The notes beneath the pieces were generated by a model that made no database searches, had not been told where the DNA came from, and saw only the letters and a program-made list of their open reading frames with translations. A program made the translations under genes and the position numbers. Shown here piece by piece: positions 26,772 through 35,620 of a DNA stretch of 64,000 bases. How positions within the stretch are numbered: the first letter of the stretch is position 1; every line of letters starts with the position of its first letter. Location of the stretch: the IMG/VR virus record IMGVR_UViG_3300049445_000078; one strand, given 5' to 3'. The stretch comes from an uncultured virus (IMG/VR IMGVR_UViG_3300049445_000078) (Duplodnaviria; Heunggongvirae; Uroviricota; Caudoviricetes).

Positions 26772-29219
26772 TTACGTTGGATATAACGGCAAATTGGCCG
26801 ATGGAGAAACATAACGCATATCGTCTTCCCGAGCCAGAGAACTCTCGTCTCGCCTGAGCGCAAAGCCTTGATCGCGAAGATACCTTAGTCCCATGCTGAC
26901 TGCATCACAGTTATGGACTAGCACACCATTGGCATAATAGCACTTAGCTTCCTCCACGCTTAGATTGAATACTGGCCGCAAATCGTGGATGAATATATCG
27001 GCTTTTACCGCGTTTGAACTCACTTGATTGCTCACAACATCTCGTAGAGCAGAACTTTCTAGTTGATAATTTATATTCAAATCTATCCCCGCACCAAATA
27101 CATTCTTTTGTTCCTTTAACTCTAAATACCCAAGTTCTACTAGGCTTTTGGATACTTTGCTTGGCGTGCTGACGATGCCATTCGATCCCCTCTGGGGAAG
27201 AATGCCAAGCCTTTGTAAGTGGTCTAATACGTTCCAAATGAGCAAGCTGTCGCTCTGTATCAATCTTTTTAGGCATACTGCGATGCACGCGCTTCGGTAG
27301 GCACTCCAGATTTTCAAAGCGGCAATCGAAGGTATCACCGTTCTTGTGATGAATTTCGTGACCCTCTGGGATATCCAACCCTGAAAAGTGCTCCCAAATC
27401 GCGACATGAAGCCCTTTGGCTTTCTTTCTGTCAGCATTTCTTGTTGCTTGAGAGAGATAGTATTTTCTCTTTCCACCCATTCTTCGATAGGTTTGTCCAT
27501 TGAAATCAACGATTTCTGGCGGATTGTCCGGATCAAGTCGCATAGATTGAACCTCACTAATTGTTCCAGTGAGATACTATCCATTCTCATGAAGCCAGAA
27601 TCAAGAGAAAAAACGGGGTGGTTTCCCGTCCCGGTCAATGGGCCAACATTGATAACCTGACGCCAGCCAGTGAACCCATGACCTGTGACTCGTCGCCAGC
27701 CCAGTGGGGTTATCACCTCATCATCATCCAAAATCTGCTCAATAGGAATCGAGCCGCGCCGAGTAGAGATTTGGGTTCCAGCGACGAGACAAAGATCGTC
27801 ATGTGATCCTTTCGGAAAGACCGAGACCTGATCGATCACCATATCGGCCCATGCCTTGTCGGGAGCATAGACCATCTCATCCGCGAAGATGTGCTGGATG
27901 CTGTGAACCCTTGAGACCTTATCGCCATACTTCTTCGGGTCTATGGCATCTATCCCAAACTTCCCGGAAGCCCCGATAAGACGGTAAATCTCCTGCGCCA
28001 CAGACAGACCACTAGCCTTTCCCTCAATGAGAAGCCGGTCTATCGGGAAGCTGGGATAGTCCTTCGGAGCCATCGAAATTGTACAGGTTCCAATAACCCT
28101 TTGAACTAACTCATTAAATTGGAGCCTTTCTTGCCACGCATGGACGAGCATGATCTTGGGGTTGTTATTGGCATCTCGAAAGACCCCTAATATGACTAAG
28201 GCACTGGGATCATTCTCTTTTTTCTCGGTATAGGCGGTATCCAAAGACCCTAGAATGTACTCGAAATTGGGGTATTTATCGTCTTCCCACAGTTGCCAGA
28301 AGTGTCGCTTGATAATAGACCCACCTCTAGGCTCCGGCGACTGCTGGTACTGACCAGCCCAAGCGTATTCGCCCTTATCCCTTTGTAAGTCCTGAACAAT
28401 TTGCTCTGGAAACCGCTCTGGCCATGCCAATTCCCCATCATCAATACGGGGGTCTTCCCACAGGACCGTCGAGCAGTGGCGGGCGGTATCATGGTACATT
28501 GGTATCATAAGGTGTGTGTAACCCATCTCCCGACTCAGGGCGATACCGCTCACGTCATCCTCATGGGTCCTCTGCTGGATGACTACGATGGAACTTTCGG
28601 CCTGATTATTCAGTCGGTCGGGCATGACTTCCGTAAACCACATATTCGTGGTGGCCCGGACGGCCTCCGATTCCATCTCCATGGGGTTATTCGGATCGTC
28701 TATTATTACGATATCGGCTCGCTCGCCTGTACCTATACCCCCTACCGAGGTAGCGAGCTTCCATCCAGTCTGGTCATTGGCAAACTTGATCTTGGTAAAC
28801 TGCTCGTTGGAAATCCCGAATCTCTTGCCCCACAAAGCCTTGTAGCGGTCGCTGATAACGATGTTGCGGCATCGCATATTATCTCGTTCTGTCAAATGGT
28901 TAGAGTATGCGGCACACATGAACCGGGTCCATGGTCTGTTACATGGCCCCCAAATCCAGGCAGGCCAGAACACATCGGTCAGGAGCGATTTTGAGAAGCC
29001 GGGGGGCACGTTTATCAACAATCTTCGTATGTGCCCATCTGTAACAGCTTCAAGGTGGTCGCAGATGGCTTCCATGGCCCATCCCCGGACCATAGGGATA
29101 GCCGGTTCCACTACCGGCCAAACGTACTCGGCAAAGTCGATCAGGCTCTCCTCGTATATCTCCCGCTCCTTAAGGCGCTTGATGCCAGCAATGGCGTTCT
29201 TGAGGATGATGCCGTTCAT
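26772..29219 (-). CDS. terL: Terminase large subunit containing a 294-aa intein
   Basis: LLINVPPGFSKS Walker A, IIDDP Walker B, SLDTAY and IEGKASG nuclease motifs; the HDDL|CDA motif is split by the intein. Likely start ATG 29219. Confidence 0.95.
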   Translation of the reverse strand: MNGIILKNAIAGIKRLKEREIYEESLIDFAEYVWPVVEPAIPMVRGWAMEAICDHLEAVTDGHIRRLLINVPPGFSKSLLTDVFWPAWIWGPCNRPWTRFMCAAYSNHLTERDNMRCRNIVISDRYKALWGKRFGISNEQFTKIKFANDQTGWKLATSVGGIGTGERADIVIIDDPNNPMEMESEAVRATTNMWFTEVMPDRLNNQAESSIVVIQQRTHEDDVSGIALSREMGYTHLMIPMYHDTARHCSTVLWEDPRIDDGELAWPERFPEQIVQDLQRDKGEYAWAGQYQQSPEPRGGSIIKRHFWQLWEDDKYPNFEYILGSLDTAYTEKKENDPSALVILGVFRDANNNPKIMLVHAWQERLQFNELVQRVIGTCTISMAPKDYPSFPIDRLLIEGKASGLSVAQEIYRLIGASGKFGIDAIDPKKYGDKVSRVHSIQHIFADEMVYAPDKAWADMVIDQVSVFPKGSHDDLCLVAGTQISTRRGSIPIEQILDDDEVITPLGWRRVTGHGFTGWRQVINVGPLTGTGNHPVFSLDSGFMRMDSISLEQLVRFNLCDLIRTIRQKSLISMDKPIEEWVERENTISLKQQEMLTERKPKGFMSRFGSTFQGWISQRVTKFITRTVIPSIAALKIWSAYRSACIAVCLKRLIQSDSLLIWNVLDHLQRLGILPQRGSNGIVSTPSKVSKSLVELGYLELKEQKNVFGAGIDLNINYQLESSALRDVVSNQVSSNAVKADIFIHDLRPVFNLSVEEAKCYYANGVLVHNCDAVSMGLRYLRDQGFALRRDESSLAREDDMRYVSPSANLPLYPT
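26910..27791 (-). mobile_element. Intein (Hint domain) in the TerL nuclease motif
   Basis: Block A CLVAGTQISTRRG, block B LTGTGNHPVF, block F VFNLSVE, block G YYANGVLVHN followed by Cys+1; 882 nt in frame. Confidence 0.93.
26944..27543 (-). CDS. HNH endonuclease nested in an alternative frame inside the intein
   Basis: LHVAIWE...EIHHKNGDTFDCRFENLECL HNH motif; CIWC...FCSTRC Zn finger; GAGGT 7 nt before its ATG. Confidence 0.88.
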   Translation of the reverse strand: MRLDPDNPPEIVDFNGQTYRRMGGKRKYYLSQATRNADRKKAKGLHVAIWEHFSGLDIPEGHEIHHKNGDTFDCRFENLECLPKRVHRSMPKKIDTERQLAHLERIRPLTKAWHSSPEGIEWHRQHAKQSIQKPSRTWVFRVKGTKECIWCGDRFEYKLSTRKFCSTRCCEQSSEFKRGKSRYIHPRFAASIQSKRGGS

Positions 29220-29297
29220 AAAAATATTTATCCCCGACCGTGCAAAACTAAAGAATAATGGTTGTGGTCGTTTTAAGCAACATCCTATCACATAGGA

Positions 29298-29606
29298 ATG
29301 CACTTCGGAATTCTCGAACCCCACGAATACGTCATCAAGCGGCTGCATGAACTGCAACCTGCCGAGAAGTACATCTACTTCACCGGCTTCCTTGAGGAAA
29401 TGAGACTGAAGGACAGAAACGTAAACGCCATTGCTTCAACCGCCTATCACCTCATGGAACGCGGTCTCATCATCCTTACCCAGAAACGAATCAGCCTGCC
29501 AATCTCATATACCGGAACCGTCAGTTGGGTTTTTGGTATGGGGAAAGGATTTTCCTACATAGCTATCGGGAAGTTGCCGAAAAAGAAATCAGCCAATTGG
29601 ATGTAG
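29298..29606 (+). CDS. Hypothetical protein, first ORF of the divergent operon
   Basis: 102 aa ORF heading a tightly packed plus-strand run. Confidence 0.55.
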   Translation: MHFGILEPHEYVIKRLHELQPAEKYIYFTGFLEEMRLKDRNVNAIASTAYHLMERGLIILTQKRISLPISYTGTVSWVFGMGKGFSYIAIGKLPKKKSANWM

Positions 29607-29618
29607 AGGAGCAACTGC

Positions 29619-29816
29619 ATGGCTTTTATTTACCAATGTGAACGATGCCTTTCCTACTTAAAAGATATTGGTCACATAAAGCGTATCGAAATTGATTTGA
29701 TCTCGGGCGAAGGGGGCGAAGGAAGTGCTCATCTGGAAGAGGAAGGAATGTTTTGTCTCACCTGTGCGCCTGACGTTTTAGCAGAGCTAAAGGGCATTAT
29801 GAGACGCGAGAAATAG
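29619..29816 (+). CDS. Small Zn-finger protein
   Basis: CERC...CLTC; GAGGAG RBS. Confidence 0.6.
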   Translation: MAFIYQCERCLSYLKDIGHIKRIEIDLISGEGGEGSAHLEEEGMFCLTCAPDVLAELKGIMRREK

Positions 29817-29825
29817 GAGAATATC

Positions 29826-29993
29826 TTGACCAGAGATGATTTTGAAGAACTCGAAAAACAAGTCATGAAGGAAGTGGTGAGGCGACGAAGCTTGGGAGGC
29901 TACTCTGTAGAAGCAGAAGGAGTTCTGTTTCTATCTGAGTGTATGCTTAAGATAGTCCGACATCTCCACGAACAAATACCACGAAAAAAATGA
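29826..29993 (+). CDS. Small hypothetical protein (55 aa, TTG start; not in track)
   Basis: AGGAG RBS; its stop overlaps the next start as ATGA. Confidence 0.55.
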   Translation: MTRDDFEELEKQVMKEVVRRRSLGGYSVEAEGVLFLSECMLKIVRHLHEQIPRKK

Positions 29994-30484
29994 TCGTCAC
30001 CAGACGGCTGACACTGGTGCCACCTTCGGATGAGTCAATTCCGAAGATGGTGGAGTGGTTGAATGATCCTGATGTGACGAGATACTCCGAACAGCGACAT
30101 CAAAAACATACGGTTCCCTTCCAGCGAATCTACATCGGCATGATGACTCGCCCCCATAAGTACCTAGAAATCCGCACCAACGACACCATCATCGGGACAA
30201 TTACCGCCCATGTGGACCCCTATAACGATGTGGCTGATGTAGGAATCATGATTGGAGAGAAATCGTTGTGGGGAAAGGGCTATGGCGCAGAGGCATGGCA
30301 AGCCTTCTGCGATTACCTACTCGGCAATGGAATTCGTAAGGTGGAGTGCGGATGTATGAATATCAATTTCGGTATGAAACATATCTGTCGAAAGACAGGG
30401 ATGAATTACGAAGGGCGCAGGTTTGCCCACTTCCTTGTAGGGGAAGATACCGTGGACATGCTTTATTTCGGACGTTTCCGATGA
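29990..30484 (+). CDS. GNAT N-acetyltransferase (RimL/PseH-like)
   Basis: EWLNDPDVTRYSEQR and VGIMIGEKSLWGKGYGAEAW motifs; sugar-pathway context. Confidence 0.8.
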   Translation: MIVTRRLTLVPPSDESIPKMVEWLNDPDVTRYSEQRHQKHTVPFQRIYIGMMTRPHKYLEIRTNDTIIGTITAHVDPYNDVADVGIMIGEKSLWGKGYGAEAWQAFCDYLLGNGIRKVECGCMNINFGMKHICRKTGMNYEGRRFAHFLVGEDTVDMLYFGRFR

Positions 30485-30696
30485 AAAGCCCATTGAGAAT
30501 AACATTTCCAAAGTTTCTTTGGATAGAAATACACATTCCTAAATGGCAATGGAAAATTGAACGGGAGATAAACCATTTTACCGGCCACCGATGGTCCGTT
30601 TGCTTAGGGTGGGTATGGATATCTTGGTACAATTTCAAAGAGAACAAAGATTACTATAACAGAATTGAAGAGAGTCGCAAAAGAGGGTGGTGTTAA
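30481..30696 (+). CDS. Small Trp-rich hypothetical protein
   Basis: ATGA overlap with the GNAT stop; begins MKSPLRITFPK. Confidence 0.5.
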   Translation: MKSPLRITFPKFLWIEIHIPKWQWKIEREINHFTGHRWSVCLGWVWISWYNFKENKDYYNRIEESRKRGWC

Positions 30697-30697
30697 A

Positions 30698-31285
30698 GTG
30701 AAACAGGCTGATGTTTTCTACCACTCTGAAGGTGCTTGCTGGCTTGCAAGAAACGAAGAAAAACTAACCGGCATTGATGATCCGGTAATGGCTGCCATCA
30801 AGGATGCCAAGATCAAACCGAATTCAGTTCTGGAAATTGGCTGCTCCAATGGCTGGCGCTTAAAGCTGCTGGAGAAGAAATACAAGTGCGCGACTACTGG
30901 CGTTGAACCTGCCGCAATCGGGACAGGAAACATCCTGCGCGGAACTGCGGATAACCTACCAATCAAACACCTCACATTTGATGTCGTGATCTATGGATGG
31001 TGCCTCTATCTCTGTGACAGGGAGGACTTGTTCAAGATTGCAGCGGAAGGAGACCGTGTTCTTCAGGAGGATGGCTATCTCATCGTCTACGATTTCTTTT
31101 CCAACAAGCCATATCAACGAGCATACAAACACCATCCGGGAATCTTCAGCTACAAGATGGACCATTCCCTGATTTGGCTGGCAAATCCTGCCTATAGGCT
31201 CATGCAAAGAACCATGATCGATGATGAAACGGCTATAACAATCCTACATAAGGATACAGCGCACGGATGGCCGCTCAATGACTAA
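30698..31285 (+). CDS. Class I SAM-dependent methyltransferase
   Basis: VLEIGCSNG, TGVEP and FDVVIYGWCLY motifs; likely GTG start at 30698. Confidence 0.85.
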   Translation: MKQADVFYHSEGACWLARNEEKLTGIDDPVMAAIKDAKIKPNSVLEIGCSNGWRLKLLEKKYKCATTGVEPAAIGTGNILRGTADNLPIKHLTFDVVIYGWCLYLCDREDLFKIAAEGDRVLQEDGYLIVYDFFSNKPYQRAYKHHPGIFSYKMDHSLIWLANPAYRLMQRTMIDDETAITILHKDTAHGWPLND

Positions 31286-32168
31286 GACCATTGGTGTCAT
31301 CGGCCTTGGGTCCATCGGGACTAGGCACAAAACCAATCTCTGGAAAGAGTTGGGGCAGACCGAGGTTATTGGTTATGACCCGGACCCGACCAAGCAAAAC
31401 GGGACGGGATGGGTCATCGGTGACTTGGATAAGATGATTGAGATGTCCGACATTCTAATCATCGCCAGTCCAACTCCTAATCACTATGAGCATCTGGTCA
31501 AGGCGTGCATGACCAACAAGCCTATCTTCATTGAGAAGCCAATAGCCGATACCCCTGCTGTCCACCATCTCACCCACCTTATAGCAACCCGCCCCTTCAT
31601 GGTGGGCTACAATCTTCGATTCCATTCCTGTGTAAAGAAGGCGAAGGAATGGATGAATGAGATTGGCAAACCACTCTGGGCCAACATCACCCTTGGACAA
31701 CATAGCGAGAAACCACCCTATGTTCGAGACGGCGTTATTCTCAACTGGAGCCATGAAATTGATCTTGCCCTGTATCTCCTTGGGCCTGGGCACGTTCTTA
31801 CTTCTTCTACTCGCGTTAGTAACGGAAAGGATGATGTCAGTGACATCTTACTCCAGCACAATTCTGGATGCAGATCGCTGGTTCACCTCGACTACGTTAC
31901 ACGACCAGAAATCCGGCAAACATTAATCGTCGGCTCCAAAGCAACAATCATCATTGATTTGGTTAATCGCATGGCGTGGTTACGAGGTTCTGACGATGTA
32001 ATACTAGATCAGTTCCAAGGTCTGGACACTTGGCAGATGAATTATGTGGAAGAGATGCAGGAATTTCTCGGTCTGTGCGACGGTGAGAAATCTATAGGTT
32101 GTACTGGGAAAGAAGCATTAGCAGTTCTCGATATTTGTCTCGAAGTAAGAAAGCAGGCTGGATTATGA
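31278..32168 (+). CDS. Gfo/Idh/MocA NAD-dependent oxidoreductase
   Basis: GVIGLGSIG, IFIEKP, VGYNLRFH and SHEIDL motifs. Confidence 0.9.
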   Translation: MTKTIGVIGLGSIGTRHKTNLWKELGQTEVIGYDPDPTKQNGTGWVIGDLDKMIEMSDILIIASPTPNHYEHLVKACMTNKPIFIEKPIADTPAVHHLTHLIATRPFMVGYNLRFHSCVKKAKEWMNEIGKPLWANITLGQHSEKPPYVRDGVILNWSHEIDLALYLLGPGHVLTSSTRVSNGKDDVSDILLQHNSGCRSLVHLDYVTRPEIRQTLIVGSKATIIIDLVNRMAWLRGSDDVILDQFQGLDTWQMNYVEEMQEFLGLCDGEKSIGCTGKEALAVLDICLEVRKQAGL

Positions 32169-34177
32169 AGGTTTTAGCAATTTGTCAGGCTAGAATGGGT
32201 TCCACCCGCGTACCAGGAAAGGTTATGCGGAGACTTGGTAACAAACCTGTATTGAGGTGGACTCTCGATGCGGTAGAAAAGGCTGAATTAGTTGATGATT
32301 TTGTTCTGGCAACGTCAACCGATACCGCTGATGATGTCATAGAACAATACTGCGATGAAAATAATCTAGAATGCTTCCGAGGAAGTGAGACGGATGTTCT
32401 TGATCGATATTATCAGTGTGCGAAGAAGCATCATGCCGACATCGTATTACGGTTTACCTGCGATTGCCCTTTCCTTGATCCTGGAGTTATCAACGAAGTC
32501 ATCAAACTTAGGGACATGACGAATGCGGATTACGCCTCAAATTGCTATCCGCCTACTTATCCTGACGGTCTTGATACTGAGTGCTTTACCTTTGCTGCCT
32601 TGGAGGCAGCTTGGAATGAAGCAAAAAGTCAGGTCGATAGGGATTGCTGCACGCAATTCATTGTTCGCAACCGTGACCGTTTCAAGGTGGTTAACCTAAC
32701 CTGCCCCCTCCCTGGTTTAGATAAGGAACGATGGGTTCTTGATACCGAAGATGACTGGAGGCTATGCCAAGGCATAGTATCCCATCTTACCAAGTTTTCC
32801 TATCCAGAAATTCTATCGTGCCTAGACGAAAATCCAAAGATTAGGGAACTCAACGCTGGGGGCATACGCAATGAGCGATTCTATGAAGCATTGGCGGAAG
32901 AGAGACTATCCCCACGAACATTTGAGCGGTCTACCAGAGTATTCCAAAGAGCAATACAGACCATACCGGGAGGGGCACAAACCTACAGCAAGAGCCACAT
33001 CCAGTTTCCGACCGGGGCTGCGCCACTATGTGTTTCTTACGGTGATGGTGCTTACATCTTTGATCTCGATGGTAATAGGTATCTTGATCTTATTAACGGT
33101 ATTTGTCCTGTCATTCTTGGGTATGGCGATCCGGACGTTAATGAAGCCATTCGCAGGCAACTCGACAACGGCATCAGCTTCTCGCTCGCAACCAAGATCG
33201 AAACCGAACTCTCCGAACTCCTCTGTCACCACATCCCCTGCGCCGAAATGGTCAAGCTGGGAAAGTCCGGAACAGATGTAACAACGGCAGCAGTGAGGTT
33301 AGCGCGTGCTTATACTGGTCGCGATCATGTCCTCTTATCTGGATATCACGGTTGGAGTGATTGGTCTATCGCTTGCACTGATCGCAATCATGGTGTTCCA
33401 GAGGACGTAAGGCATCTTACACACCGCATTCCTTATGGTGATGACCCGAATGTAAATAGGCCACCGTTTCCGTGGGCTCATACAGTCGCGGCAATTATAG
33501 TAGAACCAAACGATAACCCAGAATATCTCAAAGGTTTACGAGAACATTGTACCAAGCATGGTATCGTTCTCATCTTTGACGAAATCATCACCGGATTCCG
33601 CTACGACCTTGGCGGCGCACAGAAGCTGTACGGTGTAACACCCGATCTCGCCTGCTTCGGCAAGGCCATGGCGAACGGAATGCCTATTTCTGCCCTCGTC
33701 GGTAAGCGTAACATCATGAAGATGATGGAATCGCCGGATGTATTCTACTCCGGCACCTTTTTCGGTGAGACACTTTCCATTGCAGCAGCTATTGCAACAA
33801 TCAAGAAACTGGAGCGCGAGAAGGTCATTCCCTACCTGTACGAGATGGGGACTAAGGTCATCAATCTCATTGGTGAACTGATCGATTCCGAGGAGATAAA
33901 CGACTTTGTTTCCATCAGCGGCAACCCAACCAAATCGACCATCTCATTCAAAGGAGAACATGCCGGAAAACTGAGAACCCTCTTTATCCGAGAAATGATC
34001 CAGCAAGGCGTTCTGATTATGGCGACCAATACGATGTCGTATGCACACAAGAAACCAGAAATACAGCGCATCTTCAAGGCATACGATCATACCTTATCTG
34101 TATTAAAGGAGTCATTAATGGATGGCTCCATTGAGAAGATAGAGCCCACACAAGCTGCACCGTTGAGGGCAGCATGA
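32165..34177 (+). CDS. SpsF/PseF-type cytidylyltransferase fused to a class III PLP aminotransferase
   Basis: QARMGSTRVPGKV and RFTCDCPFLDP (CMP-sugar synthetase); LIFDEIITGFR and FGKAMANGMP (class III aminotransferase). Start ATG 32165. Confidence 0.9.
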   Translation: MKVLAICQARMGSTRVPGKVMRRLGNKPVLRWTLDAVEKAELVDDFVLATSTDTADDVIEQYCDENNLECFRGSETDVLDRYYQCAKKHHADIVLRFTCDCPFLDPGVINEVIKLRDMTNADYASNCYPPTYPDGLDTECFTFAALEAAWNEAKSQVDRDCCTQFIVRNRDRFKVVNLTCPLPGLDKERWVLDTEDDWRLCQGIVSHLTKFSYPEILSCLDENPKIRELNAGGIRNERFYEALAEERLSPRTFERSTRVFQRAIQTIPGGAQTYSKSHIQFPTGAAPLCVSYGDGAYIFDLDGNRYLDLINGICPVILGYGDPDVNEAIRRQLDNGISFSLATKIETELSELLCHHIPCAEMVKLGKSGTDVTTAAVRLARAYTGRDHVLLSGYHGWSDWSIACTDRNHGVPEDVRHLTHRIPYGDDPNVNRPPFPWAHTVAAIIVEPNDNPEYLKGLREHCTKHGIVLIFDEIITGFRYDLGGAQKLYGVTPDLACFGKAMANGMPISALVGKRNIMKMMESPDVFYSGTFFGETLSIAAAIATIKKLEREKVIPYLYEMGTKVINLIGELIDSEEINDFVSISGNPTKSTISFKGEHAGKLRTLFIREMIQQGVLIMATNTMSYAHKKPEIQRIFKAYDHTLSVLKESLMDGSIEKIEPTQAAPLRAA

Positions 34178-35118
34178 AGAACGTCCTAATTACAGGAGGC
34201 ACCGGGAGCTTTGGCAATGCCTTTGTTCGCAGACTTCTGGCGTCACATAAACCGGAACGTATCGTCATCTATTCAAGAGATGAACAGAAACAGGAAGAGA
34301 TGGCTCGTAGCCTTGCTCATCTTGATCGCAATTCTGTTCTTCGATTTTTCATTGGGGATGTACGGGACCGTGATCGCCTTGAGTTTGGGCTTCATGGCAT
34401 CGATACTGTTATTCATGCTGCTGCCCTAAAGATTGTTCCAGTTTTAGAATACAATCCGACTGAGTGCATCGCCACTAACATCGGAGGAGCGGAAAATGTC
34501 GTCAGAGCCAGCATTAGAGCGGGCGTTAAAAGAGTCATTGCACTATCGACGGATAAGGCAGTCAATCCTATCAATCTATACGGTGCATCGAAGCTTGCAG
34601 CAGAAAAGGTCTTTATCGCAGCGAATTCTCTCGCAGCCGGAAGTACTCTCTTTAGCGTTGTCAGGTATGGCAACGTTGCTGGCTCTCGGGGTAGCGTTAT
34701 TCCTTATTTCCGGAAACTTGCCTTAGAGGGAAAGCCGCTCACCGTAACTCACCCTGATATGACCCGGTTCCACATCACTCTAGATCAGGCCATCGATTTA
34801 GTACTGACTTGTCACAATAATATGAAAGGCAGGGAAATCTATATTCCAAAAATTCCATCCTTTAGGATACTCGATCTGGTAAGTGCCTTCGATAAAATTG
34901 GCGTAGAGATTGGCATCAGACCCGGAGAGAAGATTAACGAGTGTTTGATGACCGAGGATGAGTCCCGCCATGCCTTCGATCTTTCCACCTTCTACATGAT
35001 CCGAGAAACCAAGGAGCGGCTTGGACTCAGGGTAAAAGAAGGTTTCAGATATGCGAGCGACACAAACTCAGAGTGGCTTAGTGTGCAACAGTTGAAGGAG
35101 ATTATCAATGCACCATAA
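34174..35118 (+). CDS. pseB: UDP-N-acetylglucosamine 4,6-dehydratase (inverting)
   Basis: ITGGTGSFG, SRDEQKQ, HAAALK, LSTDKAVNPINLYGASK, RYGNVAGSRGSV and GIRPGEK motifs. Confidence 0.9.
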   Translation: MKNVLITGGTGSFGNAFVRRLLASHKPERIVIYSRDEQKQEEMARSLAHLDRNSVLRFFIGDVRDRDRLEFGLHGIDTVIHAAALKIVPVLEYNPTECIATNIGGAENVVRASIRAGVKRVIALSTDKAVNPINLYGASKLAAEKVFIAANSLAAGSTLFSVVRYGNVAGSRGSVIPYFRKLALEGKPLTVTHPDMTRFHITLDQAIDLVLTCHNNMKGREIYIPKIPSFRILDLVSAFDKIGVEIGIRPGEKINECLMTEDESRHAFDLSTFYMIRETKERLGLRVKEGFRYASDTNSEWLSVQQLKEIINAP

Positions 35119-35425
35119 ACTCCCGGATTGGTGGATATTCGTTTTTCTTAATCCACTAACTGCGCTTGCGGCCACTGGTTTATTTGTCTGGTATCTTCAA
35201 GGAGTGGATGAGCGTTGGGATGCAGAAGAAAGAGCAGCCCTATTGACAAAGAAACAGACAATCGAAAATTCGCTACAGGGCTGCAAAATATTCAACTACG
35301 GTGACTATGGCAATGTAAGAGATTTGGTCATCGTCAAATGCGACGGAAAATCATCTGTTACAGAAAACCACATGAAGACCGTTGGGAAAATAAAGTATCA
35401 AACTACTACAGCAACCATTGAGTGA
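35108..35425 (+). CDS. Small membrane-anchored protein
   Basis: N-terminal hydrophobic helix; packed inside the sugar operon. Confidence 0.6.
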   Translation: MHHKLPDWWIFVFLNPLTALAATGLFVWYLQGVDERWDAEERAALLTKKQTIENSLQGCKIFNYGDYGNVRDLVIVKCDGKSSVTENHMKTVGKIKYQTTTATIE

Positions 35426-35434
35426 GGAAAAACA

Positions 35435-35620
35435 ATGCCTAGACTTTCCAATGAAAAGATCATCCGTCGCGTCAAGTCGATTCGGACTCGCAATAATTCC
35501 TGCTGGATGAAATTATTAGCACTGGCGGTAAAGACCAATCCAAGGAAGGCTAAGAAAATCCTCAACCAGATTTCAGCATACGACTCACAGATAGTAAAAT
35601 GGATGAAACACCTACACTAG
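35435..35620 (+). CDS. Small basic protein
   Basis: GAGG RBS; overlaps the next gene. Confidence 0.6.
   Translation: MPRLSNEKIIRRVKSIRTRNNSCWMKLLALAVKTNPRKAKKILNQISAYDSQIVKWMKHLH

Noticed and set aside
26944..27543. Nested HNH as an artefact of two frameshift errors in an ordinary intein
   Set aside because: Both frames are open for about 200 codons, and the HNH frame has its own SD, ATG and bounding stops. Read-level confirmation is still needed.
1..29295. Many plus-strand ORFs over the virion operon (e.g. 4239..4841, 11726..12229, 28401..28994)
   Set aside because: They are antisense shadows of convincing minus-strand genes, with no recognisable motifs.
29220..29357. 46-aa N-terminal extension of TerL in the ORF track
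   Set aside because: It overlaps the divergent plus-strand gene; ATG 29219 has a purine-rich upstream sequence and begins terminase-like sequence.
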